A stretch of DNA of 58,233 nt from an uncultured bacterium (GTDB lineage Bacteria; Planctomycetota; UBA1135; GCA-002748355): assembly GCA_937858895.1 (NCBI GenBank), contig CALLZN010000362.1:1-58233 (forward strand), read 5' to 3'. Made by a program: the position numbers and the translations under genes. The notes below the pieces were generated by a model, which saw only the letters and a program-made list of their open reading frames with translations, did no database searches and was not told the origin of the DNA. The first letter of the stretch is position 1. Each line of letters opens with the position of its first letter. This document shows positions 34,162-40,134 of the stretch, piece by piece.

Positions 34162-37100
34162 GACAGTTCTCCTCGGCCATCCGCCGAAGCCGTGGGATTC
34201 TTCAAGATTGGATTCTGGTCGGCGCTGCCACTCGAGGCCGTTTGGACCATGGAGGCGAAGAGGCGCAAGAGCGACGCAGCACGCGGGTTGATACCGCAGT
34301 GCGCGACGAGGCCATCGCCGCAGTCGAGGTCGAGGACGACGCCCAAGCCGAGCAAACCGAGCTCTTCGCCGAGCGTCGCAGCTTGGGCGACCGCGCGGTC
34401 GAGATACAGACAGGCCTCCTGCGGACGTCCCAGCGCAAGCGCGAGGACGCCGGCGAGGAAGCACGCGTCCGACGAAGTCGAGTTCGCAGCGAGCACCGCG
34501 AGCGCGTCCGTATAGCGCCGCTGGAGGAAGGCACGCAGTCCGACGCCGAGCGCCCCGTGACCGTGACCGAGGAGCTCAACGACTTGGCCGGTCTCGAGCG
34601 AAGTCGCGGCGCGCGGTTCCGACACCGCCGCGCTCACGCTCGTCGCCGCGCTCGAGCAGACCTCGCTGTAGACGACGCCCTTCTGCACGAGTACGGTCGC
34701 TGCCGGCCTGGCGAGCTTGCCTGGCCGCAGCACGCGGCCTTCCTCGCACGGGAACTCCGTGCCGAGGGGCTCGAAGCGCAGACGCAAGCCCAAGGCCGCG
34801 ACTTCACTCTGTAGCCCGAGGGCTGCCGCCGCTCTGCGCGCATCGACCGTGAGCTCGAAGTCGTGGCGGATCCACCAGTCTTCCTCGAAGGACGTGATCT
34901 GCTCTTCGATCGTCGCGAGGACCTCGAGCAAGACGTCGACGGCCGGAGCGCGCACTTCACCGGTCGCGAGTTGCCGCGCCCAGCTCACGAGACCTTCACT
35001 CGCGCAAGCGGCGCGTGCGATCGCTTCGCTGCGCGCCGCGCCCGCGTCGAGCAGCGACATCAAGATGTGCAGGACTTGGCGACCGCCGCCGGTCGCGTCG
35101 AGCGTCTCGCGAGCGAGGTCGAGGATGCCGTCGCTGTCCTCGTCATCGCGCAGCGTCTCGAGCAGCTCGTGGCAGCGGCCGACGAGCTCGGAGAACTCCG
35201 CCCCACCACAGCCATCGAAGAGCACGAGGTCGACGCCATGCCAGCCTGCAAAGTGCTCGTCGTCGGGCCTTGCGAAGCGCAGCTTGCCCCCGCCACGCAC
35301 GCCCGGCGTCAATGCCGAACCGACGAGGACGACCTTGCGGCCGAGGATGCTCGTCATCCAAGCGACGATGAGGGCAGCGGCCGTGAGCGACGCCTCGTCC
35401 TCGGCGAGGTCGGAGACCGCGAGCACATAGGTATCGACTTCGTCGAAGGGCACCCGCGCTTGGTCGCCCTTCGCCTCGGTCGCGGCCTGGATGCCGAAGA
35501 CGCCCTCCTCGATGCGATCGGCGACGCGGCAGTAGACATCGAACGCGGCGCCTCGCGGCAGTTGCGCACCGGGCTGCATGGCCCAGTCCGCCACTTCCTG
35601 CTGCCACGGCACAGGCTCGCCAAAGCAAAGCTGACCGAGCTGCTGACGAATCTCGGGCCAGATTCCAGCCTGCAGCGGATCGGTCGCGCAGTAGAGATTG
35701 ACGAGGACACCGAAGTGATCGAAGCGCGCCCCGCGCGCCTCGGCGGCCCGCAGGGCGTGGATCGCCGCTGGGATCGTGCGGATGGCGAGCGGGTCGGGCA
35801 GCACTGTCAGCAGAACAGCGTCCGATGCGTCGAGGACAGCGTCGCAGCCCTGCTCGAGCAGCGGCGGCGTGTCGACGAGCACGAGATCGGGCGCGAAGTC
35901 GATGCAGTCCGCCATCGCCGTCATCCGTGAGGCAACACGCACGTTCGAGGCCGCCTCGATCAGGGTCGTCCCGTCGCCGGGCGTCGCGCTGAAGAGCTGA
36001 AGGGTCCGCGTCGCACGCGCATCGAGGACGAGGACGCGGCGCCCCCGCTCACCGAGGATGGTTGCGAGCGCGAGGGTCGCGACGCTGCGGCCGGTGCCGC
36101 CCTTGTGGCTCGAGAGCGAGAGGACGAAGGGCTTCGTGCCCGCGCGCTCACAGCCAAGCGTGAGCTCGGCGAGGAAGGCCGCGCCGCCTTCACCGGCCGA
36201 CCTGGTGTCGACCAGTTCGGAGCGATCGGCAGCGTATCCGCGCGTGGACGACGCGGCGACGCCCCGCGCGCCTGCGGTCTCGATGTCGGGCTCTTCGAAG
36301 ATGCGCGGCGCGAGCTCACGGGCAAGACGCGCATAGGCATCGCCCGCCGCACCCTCGGGCACGGGCCCGCCGAGCAGGCCCCATTCGACGAACTCGTCCT
36401 GCAAGGGAATCGGTGTCTCGAGGCAGAAGTCGCCGAGACGCTCGCGCAGGTCGCGGACCATGTCGCGCTGCAACGGATCGTCGGCGTCGTAGACCGAGAC
36501 GCAGATACCGAGGAGTTCGAGTTCGGCGTTGACGCGCTTCGCGTCGACGAGGGCGCGCGTAGCACCCGGGATCGTGCGGAAGGCCAAGGGATCGGGCAAG
36601 GTCGTCAGCAGCACGCCATCGGCGCGTTCGCAGAGCTCGCGCGATGCCGCCTCGAAGATCGGCGGCGCGTCGACCATAACGAGGTCGTAGCGGGCGTCGT
36701 CAGCGTCGGCCGCGGTCTGCCCGAGGGTGACGCCTGGGAAGAGTTCGCGCTTCCCGCCCTGCGAGAAGAGGTGCAGCGTCTTCGTGACGTTGGCGTCCAG
36801 CAAAAGGACGCGCTTCCCGAGTGCCGCGAAGGCCGCGCCGAGCGCGAGGGTCGTGGTCGTGCGCCCCGTGCCGCCCTTGTGGCTCGCGACGACGAGGCGG
36901 TACGGCGCGCGGCGCTGCGGCCCGCGTTCGCGCTCGCTCGAGAGGAGCGCCACCTCTTCGGCCGACTCCTGTGGAGCCCGCTCCGTAGCGTCTGCGACTT
37001 CGAGCCCGAGGTCGGCGGCGAGCTCCTCGACGAGGCGGTCATGGGCCTTGCCATAGGCGCCGCGTGGCAGCTCGCCCTTGGCGTCCATCGACCAGTCAGC

Positions 37101-37652
37101 AACGTCCTTCTGCCACGGAAGCGGAGGCTCGAGACAGAGTTCGCCGAGCCGCGAGCGCAGCGTGTCGAGCATCTCGAGCTGGAGCGGATCGTCGCTCTTG
37201 TAGATCGAGACGACGATGCCGAGGAAGCTCAAGTCGTCGTGCAAGGCGAGCACTTCCTTGAGCACACTCGTCGCGCCCGGGATCGTGCGGATCGCGAGCG
37301 GATCGGGCAGGGTCGTCAGGATGACGCCGTGCGCGCGACCGATGAAGGCGTCAGCGCCGCGATCGAAGAGCGGCGGACAGTCGAGGATGACGTAGTCGAC
37401 GCCGAGGCGGGCAGCCTCGCCGGGTCGACCCGTGCCGACGTAGACGCTCGGCAAGAGCTCGCGCTCTTCGATCGGAGCACCTTGCTTGTCGGCGCCGAGC
37501 AAGAGCTCCAAGGTCGGCGTGACGTTGCCGTCGATCAAGAGAACGCGCTTGCCGCGGTCGGCGATGGCGCGAGCCATGCCGATCGCCGTCATCGTGCGGC
37601 CCGTGCCGCCCTTGTGGCTCGCGATCGCGAGGACGTAGGGGTGTGGGCTCAT
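34158..37652 (-). CDS. 1164-aa protein with three tandem ParA/MinD-like domains carrying SHKGGTGR(T/S) P-loops, a fourth degenerate ParA-like domain and a helical C-terminal region
   Basis: D1: YVLAIASHKGGTGRTMT...GKRVLLIDGN...DYVILDCPP...ILTTLPDPLAIRTIPGA. D2: YRLVVASHKGGTGRTTT...GKRVLLLDAN...YDLVMVDAPP...LLTTLPDPLAFRTIPGA. D3: FVLSLSSHKGGTGRSVA...GRRVLVLDAR...PDLVLVDTPP...LLTVLPDPLAIRTIPAA. D4: YVLAVSDLAEDEASLTAAAL...GRKVVLVGS...VDLVLFDGCGG (P-loop lost). An identical 19-mer, gtgccgcccttgtggctcg, occurs at 37603, 36868 and 36094. The ATG at 37652 overlaps the upstream stop (ATGA). The listed extension to 38012 is junk. Confidence 0.85.
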   Translation of the reverse strand: MSPHPYVLAIASHKGGTGRTMTAIGMARAIADRGKRVLLIDGNVTPTLELLLGADKQGAPIEERELLPSVYVGTGRPGEAARLGVDYVILDCPPLFDRGADAFIGRAHGVILTTLPDPLAIRTIPGATSVLKEVLALHDDLSFLGIVVSIYKSDDPLQLEMLDTLRSRLGELCLEPPLPWQKDVADWSMDAKGELPRGAYGKAHDRLVEELAADLGLEVADATERAPQESAEEVALLSSERERGPQRRAPYRLVVASHKGGTGRTTTTLALGAAFAALGKRVLLLDANVTKTLHLFSQGGKRELFPGVTLGQTAADADDARYDLVMVDAPPIFEAASRELCERADGVLLTTLPDPLAFRTIPGATRALVDAKRVNAELELLGICVSVYDADDPLQRDMVRDLRERLGDFCLETPIPLQDEFVEWGLLGGPVPEGAAGDAYARLARELAPRIFEEPDIETAGARGVAASSTRGYAADRSELVDTRSAGEGGAAFLAELTLGCERAGTKPFVLSLSSHKGGTGRSVATLALATILGERGRRVLVLDARATRTLQLFSATPGDGTTLIEAASNVRVASRMTAMADCIDFAPDLVLVDTPPLLEQGCDAVLDASDAVLLTVLPDPLAIRTIPAAIHALRAAEARGARFDHFGVLVNLYCATDPLQAGIWPEIRQQLGQLCFGEPVPWQQEVADWAMQPGAQLPRGAAFDVYCRVADRIEEGVFGIQAATEAKGDQARVPFDEVDTYVLAVSDLAEDEASLTAAALIVAWMTSILGRKVVLVGSALTPGVRGGGKLRFARPDDEHFAGWHGVDLVLFDGCGGAEFSELVGRCHELLETLRDDEDSDGILDLARETLDATGGGRQVLHILMSLLDAGAARSEAIARAACASEGLVSWARQLATGEVRAPAVDVLLEVLATIEEQITSFEEDWWIRHDFELTVDARRAAAALGLQSEVAALGLRLRFEPLGTEFPCEEGRVLRPGKLARPAATVLVQKGVVYSEVCSSAATSVSAAVSEPRAATSLETGQVVELLGHGHGALGVGLRAFLQRRYTDALAVLAANSTSSDACFLAGVLALALGRPQEACLYLDRAVAQAATLGEELGLLGLGVVLDLDCGDGLVAHCGINPRAASLLRLFASMVQTASSGSADQNPILKNPTASADGRGELS

Positions 37653-38092
37653 GCTTGCCACCGCAGTGTGGACATTACCGTCGCGACGCTCGGTGCGTGC
37701 AGGCTCTCGAGGTCGCCGCTGTCGCCCATGATCCTGTCGCTCGGGGCGCTGTCGCTCGGGGCGCCAACGGCCTGCACGATCTTGCTCTCGGTCTGCGGCC
37801 GCCCTTCGGCAAAGGCCATCCAGTCGATCGAGTCGACGTGGCGGCGTGGAGCCGAGCGTGGCTGGACGACGCGGCCGCGACGCGCAGAACGGGCCGCTGG
37901 CTGCCCACGCTTGCGGTCCCGGCCATCCTGCCCGTCGGCGCTCCTGCTCGTACTGTCGCTCACGCTGGTGCTCGCGGTCTCGACCTCGTCTTCGCCGTCC
38001 CAGAGCAGCCAATCGAGGAAGCGTCGCAGCAAGCCGCGACGACGATCTTCGTGTCGAAGGCCTTCGTTGCCCATGTCCTTGTCGCTCGTCAT
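37649..38092 (-). CDS. 147-aa low-complexity, probably disordered protein (operon member)
   Basis: Sequence is MTSDKDMGNEGLRHEDRRRGLLRRFLDWLLWDGEDEVE...DSIDWMAFAEGRPQTESKIVQAV.... My hand codon read shows mostly G/C at third positions in this frame. The alternative frame (the N-terminal extension of the ParA ORF) is Arg-rich junk. The stop overlaps the next ATG (ATGA). The start lies 4 nt after the upstream stop. Confidence 0.55.
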   Translation of the reverse strand: MTSDKDMGNEGLRHEDRRRGLLRRFLDWLLWDGEDEVETASTSVSDSTSRSADGQDGRDRKRGQPAARSARRGRVVQPRSAPRRHVDSIDWMAFAEGRPQTESKIVQAVGAPSDSAPSDRIMGDSGDLESLHAPSVATVMSTLRWQA

Positions 38093-38096
38093 CGGA

Positions 38097-38729
38097 TCAC
38101 GCACGCGGGTCCGCGCTCCCTCGGATTCGAAGCAAGACGTCATCGAGCTTCGCGCTCTGCGGCGCTTCGACCGCAACGAGGCGCTCCTTGGCCGTTACGA
38201 GCAGGCGCTGCGCTGCCCCTCGACTTGTTGATGGCGCATCCTCGATGTGCACGGCATCGAGCTCGGTGCGCGCGAGCGCCTCCAAGGCCTCGACCACGAC
38301 TCCGCCAACGAAGGCGCTGCACGGCGGCGACTCCCCACAGCTGACGTCGACGAAGACGATGCCCTCGTCCGCGAGTTCGATGTCCAGACTCACTTCACCG
38401 AAGCCGCAATCGCGGCACTGTCCCGCGAGGACCTGGCGAAACTGGACCAGGGCTAGGGCTTCGATCGGTGCTTCGTAGCAAGTCTCGACGACCGTGCAGA
38501 GCTCTTCGAAGAAGTTCTTTCCAAAGGCCCGCCCCATGTCGAAGACCGGGCGCGGTGAAGGCGAGGCGTCGGCGAGCTCAGCGAGCCACGCCTCGAAGAT
38601 GGCCCCCTCGAAAGACAAGAGGCGCAAGCCCGAGTCGGTGCGCAGGCAGCCGCTCACGTCGCGGCTCACGCGCTCGTCGAGCCTCGGCGGGTAAGCGCGG
38701 TGCAGGGGTCGCTTGCGCAGCTTCATCAT
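38097..38729 (-). CDS. V4R (4-vinyl reductase/BchJ-type, Bet3-like) domain protein
   Basis: LRLLSFEGAIFEAWLAEL...FDMGRAFGKNFFEEL...CGFGEVSLDIELADEGIVFVDVSCGESPPCSAFVGGVVVEALEALARTELDAVHIE fits the V4R pattern (R.l...G...G......GwG.....d......v.v......c.f..G...g.l.......v.E). The ATG at 38729 overlaps the globin stop (ATGA). Confidence 0.55.
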   Translation of the reverse strand: MMKLRKRPLHRAYPPRLDERVSRDVSGCLRTDSGLRLLSFEGAIFEAWLAELADASPSPRPVFDMGRAFGKNFFEELCTVVETCYEAPIEALALVQFRQVLAGQCRDCGFGEVSLDIELADEGIVFVDVSCGESPPCSAFVGGVVVEALEALARTELDAVHIEDAPSTSRGAAQRLLVTAKERLVAVEAPQSAKLDDVLLRIRGSADPRA

Positions 38730-39229
38730 CGTGCGACCCGCGCGTCTTCGAGTTGTGAGAAGTCACCGAGCACCATCACTACCTCGTCGAGGTAGGGCTT
38801 GGCGAAGTCGAAGGTGATGCCCGACAAGGCATGTTGCAGCTCGTCGCGCAGAGTCCCGTAGACATCACGCACGAAGGACGGCGTGAAACCGAGGGCGCGC
38901 AGCACCTGGCGGTGTGGGATCAAGAGACGGTCGCGCAAGTACTGGATATCGTCGATGAGCACGGCTTGGGCAACACAACGAAGCGTGAGCTGCAGGTCGC
39001 GGCTCGTGTGCTCGTAGCCGTGCTCGTGGAAGTCATCGAGCTGCGGGTAGTGCGAACGCACGGTGCGCATCGTCGCGTCCAAGACCTTGGTCTCGCAGCG
39101 TTCGATCTCCTGCTCGAGGGCGATGCGGCAGTGCACCGAACCCGCATACTCGAGGATGCGCTCGCGCTCGCTTTGCAGCAGGTAGCGTCGATCGCAACCG
39201 CGGACGATCTTCGAGATCTTGTCGTTCAT
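38726..39229 (-). CDS. Phycobiliprotein-like globin (Phycobilisome-protein family fold) lacking the canonical bilin-attachment Cys
   Basis: 167 aa, the phycobiliprotein size class. CDRRYLLQSERERILEYAGSVHCRIALEQEIERCETKVLDATMRTVRSHYPQL parallels ADAEARYLSPGELDRIKSFV..G.RR..IA..........I....N.LF.K.P... EHTSRDLQLTLRCVAQAVLIDDIQYLRDRLLIPHRQVLRALGFTPSFVRDVYGTLRD parallels ..[29 protein letters not shown]..LG.P......... (allophycocyanin/phycocyanin recalled from memory). The R-D of the CxRD motif is kept, but Cys is replaced (TSRD). Confidence 0.6.
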   Translation of the reverse strand: MNDKISKIVRGCDRRYLLQSERERILEYAGSVHCRIALEQEIERCETKVLDATMRTVRSHYPQLDDFHEHGYEHTSRDLQLTLRCVAQAVLIDDIQYLRDRLLIPHRQVLRALGFTPSFVRDVYGTLRDELQHALSGITFDFAKPYLDEVVMVLGDFSQLEDARVAR

Positions 39230-39233
39230 CGCA

Positions 39234-39521
39234 TCACCAAGAGATCTTGTGCAAGTAGTGTTGGTCGCGGTCTTCGGGCAGCTTGGTCGAGGCTTCGACT
39301 TCGTCGACCGCGAGCGCCGGCGCAGCTGCCTGCCCCGTCCACGGCAGACCGGCGAAGAAGGACCCGACGGCGACGCGTTCTCTCGAAGAGCGCAGCGTCG
39401 TCGTTGACGCGCGCGATGCGGCGCTGCCGGTCGACGCGGCGCGCATGCCGCGCGCAGGTCCCAAGAGGTCGAAGAGCAAGCCCGTCTCTTCGAGGTCGTC
39501 GAGGAAGTCACCGTCGTTCAT
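39234..39521 (-). CDS. 95-aa small protein with acidic N-terminus (operon member)
   Basis: GGAGGA lies 5 nt upstream of the ATG at 39521 (minus strand reads cgcggaggacaacgATG). Sequence: MNDGDFLDDLEETGLLFDLLGP...FFAGLPWTGQ...EDRDQHYLHKISW. Third codon positions are mostly G/C by hand read. It starts 14 nt inside the 3' end of the upstream gene and ends 4 nt before the globin ATG. Confidence 0.5.
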   Translation of the reverse strand: MNDGDFLDDLEETGLLFDLLGPARGMRAASTGSAASRASTTTLRSSRERVAVGSFFAGLPWTGQAAAPALAVDEVEASTKLPEDRDQHYLHKISW

Positions 39522-40134
39522 CGTTGTCCTCCGCGTAACTCGCCGTGTGGCCTGTGATCGCGCTGTCGAGCCCCTCGCCGAGCAGGACCGCCTCGCGGAG
39601 CGTCGCCATGTGCAAAGGGCCGCCGATCGCGATCGTCCACAGCTCGGCGTCGGCGTCGCTGCACGACACGTCGACCGCAGCGAGCTCACGTGATGCCAGC
39701 GACGAAAAGAACGCAGCGAGCTTGCCCGCGACGTGCTCGACGAGGACCCGCGCCGACGCATGGTCGAAGCCCCCGACGCGACCACGCGCGAGGAGGACAC
39801 CGAGCCCTGCGTGCTGCCGTTCGACGGTCCATGCTCCCAAGCCACGCTCACGCAGCTCGAAGAGCCAGTGTTCGACGACGAGATCGAAGGGCAAGTCCGC
39901 GACGGCGCGCCCGTGCAGCTCTTCGAGCACACGACAAAAGGCCGGCATCGTCTTCTCGCCTAGCGCGCGACCGACGCGGTGGAAGGCCGCCTGGCCGCTC
40001 TTCTCGTCGCAGCAGCGCGCGATGGCTGCCGGCAGGCGCGCGTCCATGAGGCGGCGCTCGCCCGTCTCCGTCCGCACGGCGAGCGCGTTCGACGCATCGA
40101 TCAAGAGAGCCGAGTAGCCATGGATCTCGCTCAT
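39508..40134 (-). CDS. V4R-like domain protein (second copy, more divergent)
   Basis: RRLMDARLPAAIARCCDEKSGQAAFHRVGRALGEKTMPAF...RERGLGAWTVERQHAGLGVLLARGRVGGFDHASARVLVEHVAGKLAAFFSSLASRELAAVDVSC follows the same R.l...G...G...GlG.w.ve...........G.l......l....v...C pattern as the 38097..38729 product. The ATG at 40134 overlaps the kinase-like stop (ATGA). Confidence 0.45.
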   Translation of the reverse strand: MSEIHGYSALLIDASNALAVRTETGERRLMDARLPAAIARCCDEKSGQAAFHRVGRALGEKTMPAFCRVLEELHGRAVADLPFDLVVEHWLFELRERGLGAWTVERQHAGLGVLLARGRVGGFDHASARVLVEHVAGKLAAFFSSLASRELAAVDVSCSDADAELWTIAIGGPLHMATLREAVLLGEGLDSAITGHTASYAEDNDERR

